A DNA stretch of 62,330 nucleotides, counting the filler, from Sphacelaria rigidula (Eukaryota), in NCBI GenBank assembly GCA_964200075.2. It is 8 parts of 8 records of this genome, joined end to end, with 100 filler letters (N's around TTAATTAATTAA, not from the genome) between each part and the next. Parts side by side here need not be neighbours in the genome. Positions count along the whole stretch, not along the records: positions 31,217 to 38,920 come from CAXNAA020013739.1; positions 39,021 to 46,724 come from CAXNAA020013740.1; positions 46,825 to 54,527 come from CAXNAA020013741.1; 5 more parts are not named here. One strand, given 5' to 3'. The translations under genes were made by a program, and so were the position numbers. Under the pieces are notes generated by a model. The model had not been told where the DNA came from, ran no database searches, and saw only the letters and a list, made by a program, of their open reading frames with translations. Positions 38,401 through 51,404 of this stretch are shown in pieces. The first letter of the stretch is position 1, and every line of letters starts with the position of its first letter.

Positions 38401-41400
38401 GTAAGCTCTTGTTGTAACCGTACCCTCCTCAGGTTGGAGGGCGCGTACTACGTGTTGCACGGTGTTAAGGATATCGTGTTTTGTTGGATGTTCGACGATT
38501 TGTATGGGACGATATCTTGACGCGCACGCTGATGACGTGGAGGGTACCGAACAGTGTTTGACGGAGAAGCCATAAAGGCTGCGTGGGCAGTGCTGGCGGG
38601 TCTGGGTCATGTTTGTGACACGCGATGAGGCTGAGCGACCACAGCCTACCTATGCCTACCGCGTACCAGAGTACATCCTTATGTCAGTCCATCGTATTTG
38701 AACGGTTGAGCAAAGAACACGGAAGCTGCAACAAAGCTGCACGGGCTTTATCGAAAACATGGCCACCACGCCCCCGTGGTATAACTGGTACATCTGACTT
38801 CAGTTCGGTCCGGAGAGAGCGGGTTCGATTCCCGGTAGATGTATTTTTTTTTTTCTTGACAAGAAGTTGACTTCTGTCGTTGAAGCGTGAAGATATGAGT
38901 AGCAAGAGAAGGTCATATGANNNNNNNNNNNNNNNNNNNNNNNNNNNNNNNNNNNNNNNNNNNNTTAATTAATTAANNNNNNNNNNNNNNNNNNNNNNNN
39001 NNNNNNNNNNNNNNNNNNNNAAGTGTGGGGAAAGCACTGTTTTAGGCTTGAGCCTCATCTCGAAGTTAAACCTCAATTCTCACAATTTGTTGTTGTATCA
39101 TAATCAGATTGCTGAGTAAATACCGCGGACCGGCACCGGTATACACTTGACGAAGCAAGCAGTGGTAGCTAGAGTCGTATGTGTGCGCCTGACATGGTGG
39201 TGCAGGTAGAGGACACATATATATGCAAGTGGTGGGCATATGGCGGACCGGCGTATACGGTCAAACGGTGATCGTATTTGCTGCGTTCGTGTGGTCGAAG
39301 GTATGCTGGACCTGGTTTTCTGCAGAGGACTGCGGTCGGTATGAGCGACCAAACAGTACCCACATGCATGCATATGGCGTCCTAACTTTACATGCAAGGA
39401 AGAAACTCGGTGATTTTATGTATACCCTTTAGGCGTGTTCAACACGCTGGGTGGGTATATGGAACACGTGTAGAAGTAGTGACAAGGTTAATTCAGAGTA
39501 TGTGCCATTCATTTTAGATTAACAGGCAGGGGAAGATCGAACGCGGTTGTCGGTTTGACTTCACGTGGTTGTCGAGTTTGCTGAACATCGGCGAGACCGC
39601 GCTCGTGGCATGCAGGGTATGGGCAGCGGCAGGCTCCGTGTACGGGGTTAGTGGAAGCTTGCCAAATTCGGTGACGTGCGTCCCTGTGTGCATCGTTTTC
39701 CGCTTTTAGTCTGCCTTCACGGAGATACTGCGGATATTCGGCCCCTTACATTCTACGACACATACATGTCGTTTCGCCCAGCCGATACTATTAACATATT
39801 CGTGAGATTCAGAGCGTAATATCAGATTCCGAGTGGATGCTCTAGCGTTCCTAACATGCAACGTTTTTTTTACTATTTTTGCTTGAGCACACGTCCTGTG
39901 CATGCAGCTACCGTACAGTACCCCACCCGAGGAATACGGCGGTCTGGTTGGTGAAATACCGCACTAAGAATATTTACCCCTGGGGGGGGGGGGGATTTTC
40001 GGCCTGAAACTGTTATGGGGGTGAATGAAGCCCTTACCGACCAAAATTCCGGGGTCCACGAAAAATAATGAATGCGGACGGATATTGAAGACGTATTGAA
40101 GACGTCATAGACTGGTCGGGCCTGTGCCGAACCTCTCCCAAATCTCTGCCGAACCTCTGCCGAAAATGACACACGCTCCATCCCAAGTTACCCAGGTTTA
40201 GTATGCGACAGATGCAATTTTTTTCATCGCAATCATCTCGAGACAGGAAGCACAGCGGCCTCTGGAATTCCACAGCCCCCCAGCACAGACGCTAGACCTA
40301 TACAGCAACGCAAGCAGATTTGCTCCGTTCGCCACAGGGGATCCAAAAAGTCCCAGAAGGTTGCAGGAAACGCGTTTTTCAGAACATTTTGTGCTTGGTG
40401 CAGCGATTTCTGAAGTGCTGGGCACGCGCACGGAAATCTGTCGCCACACTGAACAGTTCCGGTGTATGGCAAGCGCACGCATCAAATCGCAATCCAATCC
40501 TGCCTCGTTGCCTCATGTTTTATCTACAAGCAGCTCTCTCACTCAGTACAGCCGCAGGGCAGCCATAGGAGCAGAGCGTAGTGATGGCCCAGGGTAGACC
40601 ACGGCAAGGACAGTAACTTATTAGATAGGGCGACGCGGCCTACCGCCGCGGCTGAACAGTTCTAACTAATGACAACAGCAGACGCGATAACAACGCGTCA
40701 CGGAATCCAGGGTCTACGAGCAGACCCGCACAGTGTATATCTTGCAACGCCTCTGAGCTTCCATCACACTAGCCCATCCTAGACGAGTCCTCATGCAGGT
40801 AAATTACATCTTGGCACAATGTAATTACGCCGAGGAATTTCGTAATTCAACGAGAAAGAGCTCTTCTACTCTACACTGGTACAAAAGCATGAAGCGAAGA
40901 AAAAATAATCTTTCCCACACCTCTAGGAGGCGAGCATCGCTGCGATCCGACACAACATCAAACGTTCAATCCACGAAAAGGAAAACGTTGAATCCACGTG
41001 ACACTCACGCACTTATGTTGAACAAGACAACACACAAGCAAGTCCATCTACAAAGTAAAGCACTAAATGGTACGCACGCGTAGGTTTCATCTACTGTACA
41101 AACGGAACAAGGATGGAATGCCAGACAATCCGGGAAGAGGGGAGGGAAAACGCAGTTGCGGCATAGCATCGCGGCAACTGCTCTGGTCGGACGCAGATCC
41201 AAGTGAGCTACACGTTTTTGTTCGACTCCGTCCCAACACATCCGTCACGTATAGCGAGAGTGGTACCCCGCTCGTTTCCGTGGCAGGGCTTTTGAAGTAT
41301 CAAACCTGCCTTGCAAAAGGCGTGCAGCGTGAAGTACAATGCGATTGGGGGGGGGGGGAACTACGGAGCAACAGGGAAATAACATTGGGGATGCAGCCGA

Positions 41401-42284
41401 AGTTCACGGTTGGTGTGCCCGAAGTGCGGAGTCGAAATCCTGCGGGGGTGAGCACTAGCCCATCCAAGACGACACTCAGGGTAAAAAGTCGCAGGTCGTT
41501 GGTCAGAACTTTTCGTTCAGTGCGGCGGATCAGCTATCGCGTGTACGAAGTACACGAGTCGCTAGCAATACTCAATGAGTAGACAAGACAAGAGCCCAAC
41601 AACGGACTCGAGCAATCAGTGACTGTAACCCTTGATGTGTCCAAGGTATGTTTTATGATCTCACGTGTAGGTTTAGTATATCTCTTCGTTAAATGCTTGG
41701 TCTCAACCTTCTGCTTATCCAATCTCTCACGTTCAATCTCTCACGTTCACTCAATAATCTCACCGATGCTTAGCTCCCTTGCAGAGAGCTTGGTGGCAAG
41801 TAGTAGTGTGTAACGAGGGGAGATGCTTGGGGGTCGACAGACACGCACCCCCTCGCTTTTATACCCGTTTATACTCGTATCGACTAACTCTGAACAGACC
41901 TGCATTCAAGATATCCTGAACCAATAACTGTCTAGACTCATTGACGGGTCTGAGCGTGATAACAGGCTAATATGCTAGACTAATATGCTCCTTCATGACA
42001 CTAACCCACCCAGTCGAACCTTTATTGCAGCTGCGAGAATAGATCCTCAAAAGCAGCGAAAGCTGAGGGGTTTCTTTGTTCGTAAAGTCATCAGCGGCTA
42101 ATGCTAATAAAAAACGCCTAAGGGAATACTCCCGACCCACTCCCACACCTCAGAGTAAAGAAAGCAGAAACTAAGCTGCTTAAAGCGCGGAAGCACAAAA
42201 CGGCTGCCGCGTGCTAGAAACCAACGAAGAAGCACACAATGCTTCGGCGTCCTAGCAAAACGAGGAAAAAGTCAGGGGGGGTAC

Positions 42285-42428
42285 AACAGGGAGCAAGCTG
42301 CGCCAGCTTCGACGTGGGGGATTCCAAAGAGACAGCAGGGAGCAAGCAACGCCAGCTTCGACCTGGGGGATTCCAAAGGGACCACAGGGAGCAAGCTACG
42401 CCAGCTTCGACCTGGGGGATTCCAAAGG
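42285..42428 (+). repeat. Tandem repeat of about 50 bp, three copies, in the Gypsy 3' non-coding region
   Basis: CAGGGAGCAAGC..CGCCAGCTTCGAC(C/G)TGGGGGATTCCAAAG occurs three times. Confidence 0.85.
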
Positions 42429-42769
42429 AAATGATGGCTACAGCAGTAACAGGCGACCAACGTAAGTTGGTCGGAAGTAAGAAAAGCGAATCTGAAGAGT
42501 TGGTAATCCAACAAGATCTGGCCCCTTCGAAAAAGAGGGGATAGCAGAGCTCCAGTAGTCGTAGGTGGCGAGCGGCTCCTGTCCGATCATGGTCCGGGGG
42601 AAGGTGATCCTGTCGTGGATGTCGTAGAGCAGGGTCCTAGTGGAAAAAAGGGAGGGCATGAGACAAAATAATAGAAGAAAGATGACGGTGGGGGGCGTAG
42701 TTCACAGCGGTGCGTGCGCGTCGTGGGTGTGGTCGATGTTGCGCTGGAGACCGTGGCGAAGTCCTGAGG

Positions 42770-44600
42770 CGCTGAAGACACCAAGATCCGCGTGGTGCAG
42801 ATGGATTGGTGGTGTATAGCGCAGGCCGGAGCTTACGCTGTATGGGTCCCGGGTCATCGATGAAGCGCACGATGCATGTGTTGGGAGACTAGATCAGCGG
42901 AGTGAGTCTGACCCAACCACCAGAGCTTGTCGCTGCCTTTGAACCACAGGTAGGAGCCCTCGGGTAGTGTTTTCTGGTTCGCGAAGAACTTTGCTTTACA
43001 AATCTTGGTGGGAACCAGTTCGTAGTCATCGGCGACAAAGCATAGGCCTTGGTCGCGGTGCAGTTTGCGGGCTGCTGTGCCACGACGCATGTTGCGGTAT
43101 CTCTTGTTGTGAGCAAGATGCTGATGTTGGGGTTGCGTCTTGTATATGAGGATTGCACGGCGGTGCAGTTGAAGGTCGGATTCGCCTTCCCAAGAAGCTC
43201 TCCGAAGACCTGGCCAGTGGGTCTTATACATGACAGCAATTTTTTCACCTCGACCACGAGTGAATTGATGGCCGGATATGGCGGAAATCGTGAGGCGGAG
43301 GGGCTGTTCCATTATGTCATCAGTGGTGACGTGGTAGGGCGGAGACTTAGTCGAATAAGTGTTGAGAACGTACTGTGTAAGTCCTGCAGGTAGGTGTTTG
43401 GGCAGGTCACTTGTATCATGCGGGTTCGTGCATGGTTTGAACCTGTGCACGGAGACGCGGGGTTTGGTGTCTTTGCCCTGAGGGTCGCGAGGCAGATCGA
43501 AATAGAAGAGTTTGTCGCCAACGGGTTTATTATCCGGTGAGGATGGCGAGGGACCGACTTTCAGAATCTTGAAAAATCCTGTCCAATTGAGGGACAATTT
43601 TGCCTTTAAAATGTTTTCGTCGGCTGCCTTGCTGGTACCTTGGCGGATGGTCGATAGACTGTTGTAGACCCGAACCCAATCACTAACTTTCCAGTTGGGG
43701 CGTTTGTGCATTAGGTTGTAGAGAGCAGTGTTAGATCGCTCCAGGCGCGAGGCGTTGATAGTGTGTTGTTCGCGCACGAGAGTAAACGCTTTTCGTTGTC
43801 GTGAATGTGCTAGCTCATGATAGGATATCTGATCCTGATCCAAGCCTTGGTGACCATTGGACGTGTGTCTTTCAAACACGGTGATGGGTAGCCGGGGGTA
43901 ACGTCCAAGATGAAGTTAATTCGGAGAAAGGCCTGTGGCGGCACTAAACGAGTTATTGTAGGACAACATAATGTGCGAGAGATGTAGGTCCCAGAGCATT
44001 TGGGCCATGGTGTGATTAACTCGTTCGGTACCACTGTTGCCGTTAGGGTGGTAGGCGCTCGTGGCAATGTTTTGGATGCCCAGAAGCTTGTAAAGCCCCG
44101 CAGAAAGATCTGAGCAAGATTGCTGACCATTGTCTGAAAAAAGCCGTTTCGGGCAACCGTAGTGCTTGATGTAGTCGTGGACCAATATGTCGGCCGTTCC
44201 TGCTGCAGTGAAATCTGCAGCGGTTACCGCGTACATGGACGCGTGGCGGCTGAAGCGGTCCGTGAGGAGTAAGACGTAGCTGTTGCCGCGACCTGTGGGC
44301 GGTAGAGGGCCGAAATAGTCAAAGGACACAAGGTGGCCGGGCGCGTTGGGGAGTCCCATAGAGAGGACTGGCCAGCGGACTGTCTACCGTGAAGTCTTTC
44401 GAGCTTGGCATTTGAAGCATCGCCGAATCCAACAGCGGGTGGAAATTGCCATGCCAACCCACCAGTAAAAGCGTTCCAAGAACGCTAGGGTGCGGGTGAC
44501 GCCAAGATGACATGGCAAGTCTGTGTAACAGCCTTTCAGGACCCAGGGGCGCATTAATAACGGAACGTATATGCGCGTGGGTTCGTCATCGAGTGTTCAT
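42770..44600 (-). pseudogene. Frameshifted integrase, then chromodomain (about 43295-43140), then PWWP/Tudor-like module (about 42967-42770)
   Basis: Chromo-like ISAISGHQFTRGRGEKIAVMYKTHWPGLRRASWEGESDL. Then GSYLWFKGSDKLWWLGQ..., and after a frameshift near 42885, TCIVRFIDDPGPI...GSWCLQ. Confidence 0.8.
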
Positions 44601-46935
44601 GCGTGGCGTCCCGTGGTGGAGGTAGTGATTGCGCCTGCTAAAGGCGTGGGTCCACGCACGAGTGATTGCACACCTTTGTCCGTGGTAAAAATCGTGCCTT
44701 TACGCACGAGTTCATATATCTCGGAGATATCTGGTGGTGGCAGTGTGCCAACAGGAGCCAAACGTTCGGGCGGGGAAGGAACTCGGCAGTCGAGCTGTAA
44801 GTAACGGGTGGCTGCGCGACAAAGGGGTTCTACGTTTTGGTCGCGAGCCCAGTCACGGTGAGAGTAGCTGGCGAGAAACTCGTGCAGTTGGCCTTCCGCT
44901 GGGGAGCCGACCAAACATGGTGAGGTAGGTAACGGGGGAACAGGTGACGGGGCAGAAATGCCTACGTTAATCTCTGCCTCGGGGGCAGGGGTTGTCGGTG
45001 TTGCCGTCATATGCGGCGGAGTTGAAGTTGTGCGCGGCGAAGAAGGTCCGCGGCGCGTGTTGTTTGTTGCAGTAGTGACTGCGGAGCGTTCCGTGTCAGT
45101 CCGTAGGGCCGGCGCTGCGTGGCTCGCAGAACTTGCAACTGTCATCGGTTGCGGCGGGGCACTTGGGGGGTTGGTGCGGGCGGCAGACCGAGAGCGCGTG
45201 TTGTCTGAAATCAGGTGGATAACCGAGGGTGTCTCCGTGAGAAGCTTGGCGCAAGTACCAAAGGTCCGGGAATCAAGGGGAGGGAAAACGCAGTTGCGGC
45301 ATAGCATCGCGGCAACTGCTCTGGTCGGACGCAGATCCAAGTGAGCTCCACGTCTTTGTTCGACTCCGTCCCGACACATCTGTCGCGTATAGCGAGAGTG
45401 GCACCCCGCTCGTTTCCGTGGCAGGGCTTTTGAAGTATCAAACCTACCTTGCAAAAGGCGTGCAGCGTGAAGTACAATGCGATGGGGGGGGGGGGGGGAA
45501 CTAAGGAGCAACAGGGNNNNNNNNNGGTGGTGGGGAGGGTGTATTGGACGAAACAAGTGGCACGAGGGAGGAGCGGGCAGGAGGGAAAATGAGTGGGGGG
45601 GGGGGGGGGGGGGGAACTACGGAGCAACAGGCAGATAAAATTGGGGATGCAGCCGAAGTTCACGGTTGGTGTGCCCGAAGTGCGCAGTCGAAATCCTGCG
45701 GGGGTGAGCACTAGCGCATCCAAGACGACACCCAGGGTAAAAAGTCGCAGGTCGTTGGTCAGAACTTTTCGTTCAGTGCGGCGGATCAGCTATCGCGTGT
45801 GATGAGCAAAACTCGATGTCAATTTGAAAAAAAAATCAATTCGTCAGGACGCAATACCCAACTCAAAGCAATCGTCCGGCGGAGATACGGCCTACAACAA
45901 GGGCGGTATGATTGGTCATTCCCTGGGGATACTGGACCACGAGCTACGGAACGACACAGGAGAACACACCCGTGTCGCCAGCTGACCAGGCTGCGCCACG
46001 GGATATGGACAGAACAAACAAACGAGCACATCCAGATGAAGTGTCGAAATGCAGTAACTCACTTCAATCTGAAACAGTCGTCGGGCAGAAATACGGCCTA
46101 CAAGAAGGGCGGCATCGTTAGCAGTACACGGTGTAACCAAGGACCCGTGCAACGAGACGATGTAAGGGAATACTCCCGTGCGGCGAGCTCTCTTGGCTGG
46201 CGGCAGGGGGTTCAGCAGTGACAACAAACACGCGCAGAAAACTAATCATCAAAATTACAAACATGCGGGGAAGCTGGACTAAATAAATCAACAGTCCTCT
46301 CATCGCGTAAAGAAACCTCGAAGACAAGAAGAAAAAAAAACACTGGATGCTCAGGGGACACGGACAAAGATGCGACAGCGACAAGAAAGATGACTACGGG
46401 TACTAGAAACAGTCACCAAGAGGGCGAATTCAGCACAAAGAAATACGGCACCACAACCTGTGGGGGGCTACAATGCAGGGCGGCGGGCCCATGGGTACGG
46501 GCCAAATTATATAACGCGTGCACTAATTTCAAGTAATTTAATTCAAATTATTACCAGTCCCTCTACATTATATAACGCATGATATAACGCAAACTTGATT
46601 TTAGTATTGACTCCGTCACACTCGTGATCACGGGCCTTCTGGTCCCCGCAGCCACTGCAGCCACAGCAGCCACAGTACAGGACTGTACTGTGCTGCGGAA
46701 AGATGGTATCCAGGACACCAACGGNNNNNNNNNNNNNNNNNNNNNNNNNNNNNNNNNNNNNNNNNNNNTTAATTAATTAANNNNNNNNNNNNNNNNNNNN
46801 NNNNNNNNNNNNNNNNNNNNNNNNGTCGTCTGCACGTTATCTCTCTACCGAGCCCAACTGTAGCATGATCGTGAGCATTGAAATACCCACACGATTAAAC
46901 GTCCATAACGATACAGACTTATGGGACAGAGGAAG

Positions 46936-46964
<29 letters not shown>

Positions 46965-46974
<10 letters not shown>

Positions 46975-47900
46975 TTCGGTTCGGCCCATCTTTCGGTTCG
47001 GCCTATCTTCTGGCTCATCCTATTTTGTGGCCCATTCCATATTTCGGGTCGGATTATATTTTCGGTTGGTCTATTTCTTGGTTCGGCCCATGTTTCGGTT
47101 CGGCCTATCTTCTGGCTCATCCTATTTTGTGGTCCATTCCATATTTCGGGCCGGATTATATTTTCGGTTCGGTCTACGCATTGATTGAGCCTATACCTTG
47201 GTTCCAGCTATGTTTTCGGTGAGGTTTATATTTCCGGTCAGGCTATAATTCGGTTCGGCCCATGTTTCGGTTTGGTCTATGTTTCGGCTCGGCCCATGTT
47301 TCGGCTCCGTTCATGTTCCGGTTCGGTTTATATTCCGGTTCGGTCTACGCTCTCGTTCGGCCTATGTTTAGGTTCGGTCTACGTATTGGTTGGGCTTGTG
47401 TTTCGGTTTTACCTAGGTTATCGGTTCGGTCCATGTTTAGGTTCAGACTACATTTCGGTTCGGCGTATGTTTCGGCTTTGTCTATGTTCCGGTTCGGTCT
47501 AAGGTTCGGTTCCGTCCATGTTTCGGTTCCGTCTTTATTTCTGTTGGTTCATGTTTCGGTTTGGTCTACCTTTCCGGTTCGGCCATTTTTTTAAATGAGT
47601 GTGTTCCGGTTAGATCTATAATTCGATTCAGTTCATGTTTCGGTTCGGCATATATTTCGATTCGGTCCATATTCCGGTTCGGTCTATGTCTCGGTTCGGT
47701 GTACATTCCGGTTCGGCCTATGTTTTGATTCATCTATTTCAGTTCGGTTCATGCTTGTGTTCTGTCTATATTTCGGTTCGGCATGTTTTTGGTTCGGCCT
47801 ATGATTCGGTTCGGTCCGTGTTTCGGCTCGATCCATGTGTTTTGTTCGGCCTATTTGTCGATTCGATCCACGTTTCCGTCCGGCCCATGTTTTGATTCGG

Positions 47901-47939
<39 letters not shown>

Positions 47940-49372
47940 TCGGTTCGGTTTAGATCCCGGCTCGGTCCATGTTTCGATACTGTCCATGTCTCGTTTTGGC
48001 TCATATTTCGGTTCGGTCGGCGTATTAGTTCGGTCCATGTTTTCGTCCAGCCTATGTTTCGGTTCGGTCTATATTTCCCATGGGCCAAGTTTCCGGTTCA
48101 GTCCATGTTCCGGGTCGGTCTACGTTTCGCTTCTGCTCAAGTTTCGATTTGGCCTTTGTTTTGGTTTGGCGCTCGTTTAGGTTCGGTCCAAGGTTTCGTC
48201 CGGCATGTGCTTAGGTTTGACCTTCACGTCCGGTTCGGCATAAGTTTCGGTTCGGCATATATTCAGATTGTATGCTTCGGTTCAGCCTATTTTCGGCTCA
48301 GCCCATGTCTTAGTTTGGTCTACCTGCCGGCTCAGTCGATTTGATGGGCGTTCCATCTTGTCGGTTCGGCCCATGTTTCGGTTCGGCCTATTTTTTCGAT
48401 TCGCTCCGTGTTTCGGTTTTGCCTGTTCAAGTTTCGGTTTGGCATTTGTTTCGGTTCGGTCCGAGGTTCCATCCGGTCCATGTTTCGGTTCGGGCTTCAT
48501 TTCCGGCTCGGTTTATGTCTCGGTTCGGCATATATTTGGCTTGGACTATTTTCTCGGTTCGAATCATGTGCTCTTCTGGCCTGTTTCGGTTTGGTCTACA
48601 TTTCAGTTCAACCTATGATTTGGTTTGGTCTATTTTCCGGCTCTCTCGATCTTATGCTTTGCTGCATCTGTCGGTTTCGGTTCGGCCTATTTTTCGCTTC
48701 TGTTCAAGTTTCGGTTCGTTGTATGTTTAATTCGGTCAAAGATTCCGTCCGGTCTATGTTTCGGTTCGGTCTTCACTCCCGATTGGCCCATGTCTCTTTG
48801 TACATGTTTCGGTTCGGACTGTGATTCGATTCCGCCAATATTTCGGTTCGATCCATGTTTCTGTTCGGTCTATGTTTCGGTTCGGCACATCTCCCCGCCC
48901 TGCCGATTTTTTGGTTCGCTTCATTGTCAGGTCTATATTTCGGTTCGTCCCATTTATCTCTCTATATATGCCTCGTTTCGGACAATGTCTCGATTCGTTC
49001 CATCTTTGGTCTCGTCCTGTTGTTCCCATGCATATGTTTCGGTTTGGTCTATGTTTTCGTCCGGCTTATTTTTTTATGTGTATTTGTTTCGGTTCGGTCT
49101 GTCGTTTGTTATGATATTTTTCTATATGTATGTGTTTCGGTTCGGTTCATATTTGGGTCCGGTCCGTGTTTCACTCCGGCTCACGTTTCTGTTCGGCCTA
49201 TTATATCACATGTATATATATGTATATATATATATGTTTCCGTCCGGTCTATATTCCGGCTCGGTCGATGTTTCGTCTGGTCTATTTTTCGGTTCGGTCT
49301 GTATTTCGGCTCGGTCTGTCTTCCTGTTCGACCTGTATTTCGAGTCTCAATTTCGGTGAGCACTTCGATACA

Positions 49373-49425
<53 letters not shown>

Positions 49426-51365
49426 CATTCCATATCTTCCATCACTTTTGCCGAGTTTTCTCTGTCGGCAAGGCATTTTTTCGCGCGCTTTCTTTTGCAG
49501 CGCACTGAGGAGGCTCAGCGGTACATTACCGTTCAGGTTCGGGCGTCATCTGATACCTGTGGCGCGTGGTCTGACCACCGAAAGTCGCCAAAACTGACCC
49601 TTTTTCGCGGGGTGTCGATCCCGAACCACAAAAGCCCGTTGAAGATCATGCAAAACTTGAAACAGGATTAATTCTAGCGGGGTATTTTTTCTCCTTGTTT
49701 CTCTTTGTCGCGTTCTCGTTCATCTGGGAGCACGAACACACCGGTTATGCCGCCAATGTCATGAGAACATGAGAGCAAAGCAGTTGAAAACGATTGAACA
49801 TTGCCTTGGCCTTAGTCACCAGCGAACACAAGACCGTGCGATGGACCGGTGGCGAGTTGAACAGGGCACAGCAGCACGGCAGCACGGCAGCACAGGAATG
49901 CTTTGCCGCAAAAAACGATCACCCTGTTTTTAAAAAAGGCCCGGTGATGTGGGTGAAGCCACAGTGATGTAAAATGAACATGCCAAGAATGTTCCACGCA
50001 TTCCAATTTTTCGGCAAGTGCCTCCTGCTGCCATGTCTTTGTGGCACGAGAGCTGCTTCGCCCTCTGGCACCTCGGGTATACCACACATGTCCTACGCCG
50101 GCGATGCCGCCGTCGGCCTCCGTCCGAATTACCATATTCCCGAACGACATCCGATAACTCATGCGATGTGTTGTACAGCCTCGATCACTACTGTACATTG
50201 AGATACAACAGTAGTTTCTCTCAACCATATATTTTCGACTTGCGTCACCCCCGGGAGGCTCGTACAAACCTCCCGAAGGGAACCTTGTAGATATATATAT
50301 ATACATATGTTTCGGTTCGTTTTATACATAAATTTCGGCTCGGCTTATGTTTTGGTTTGGCCTATTTTTGTATTGATACATACATTTGATTCAATTTGAC
50401 TAATGTTTCGGGTCGCCCTATCTCTCCCTTTATATATGTCCCGGGTTGGCTTTTATTTCGGTTCGGTCTGTGTTTTTTTCATCGGCCAATTTTCTAAATT
50501 TATGAATGCTTTGCTTCAATCTGTATTTTGGTTTGGCCTACATTTTGGTTCGGTCCATGTTTCGGTTCGGCTTATTTTCCAGTGCGTGAATGTTCGGTTC
50601 GGCTATGTTCCGGTTCAGTCCATCTTTCGTTTCGGCATATTTCTCTGCATCTCGGTTCGGTCTATGCTTTGGTTCGACCTTTATTTTCAAACATATATTT
50701 ATGTATATTATATAAACGTATATGTCGGTTCGGCCTTCATTTGGGTTTAGTCTATATATTTCGTTCCGACTATCTTTTATATCGGCCTGATTTTGTACAT
50801 GTACATATTTCGGTTTTGTATATGTTTCGGTTCGGCTCCTTTTCAAAACATGCACATGTTCCGGTTTGGTCTCTACTTCACTTCAGTCGACTTTTTTATA
50901 TGTATTTTTATGTTTCGGTTCGGCTTATGTTCTGGTTTGGTCTATATATCGATTCGGCCTATTGTTTTACAACACATTCATGTCTCGGTTCGATTTAGAT
51001 TACAATTCGGCCTTTATTTCGGCTCGGCCTAGGTATCGGTTCGATTTATTTTCCAACACACACATATTTTGGCTCGGCCTATTTTTATATACATGAATGT
51101 TTCAGTTGTATCTATACGTCGGTTGGGTCGATATTTTGGTGAATGTTCAGGGTATATTTTGGTTCGGTCCATGTTTCAGTCCGGCCTATGTTTCGGTTCG
51201 TTCGATTTTTCGGTTTGGCCTATATTTTTATTCGACCGTTGTTTCGGTTCGGTCTGTATTTGGTTTATCCTATTTGATCTATTATCATATTTCGTTCGAC
51301 GTATGCTATCGTGTCGGTTCGATCCAGGTTTTCGTTAAATGCGTGTTATGTTTCGGTTCGACGCT
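46965..51365 (+). repeat. Degenerate TTCGG-rich satellite (unit of about 17 bp, TATGTTTCGGTTCGGYC), interrupted at about 49365-50300
   Basis: Many dozens of TTCGGTTCGG-type motifs, all on one strand. One near-exact higher-order duplication of about 100 bp lies at 46990-47175. (TA)n tracts sit at block borders. Confidence 0.93.
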
Positions 51366-51404
51366 GCGCTTTCGATATGTGACGTTTCGCACGTGCCCCT
51401 TCAC

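Larger units (their letters stand above)
41129..45800 (-). mobile_element. Internally deleted, decayed Ty3/Gypsy LTR retrotransposon with a chromodomain-bearing integrase
   Basis: Direct repeats at 41129-41544 and 45265-45800. PBS-like TGGTACTTGCGCC at 45260-45248. PPT-like AAAAGCGAGGGGG near 41860, followed by TGT at about 41843. Integrase motifs HLGVTRTL..RFYW, VSFDYFGPLP, TDRFSR, SDNGQQ, YHPNGNSGTERVN and the GPY/F-like NWTGFFKI. No gag, PR, RT or RH motifs seen. Confidence 0.92.

Noticed and set aside
45480-45635. Duplicated G-run/GAACTA(A/C)GGAGCAACAGG inside the 5' LTR
   Set aside because: It flanks a 9-N gap and poly-G; probably an assembly artefact.
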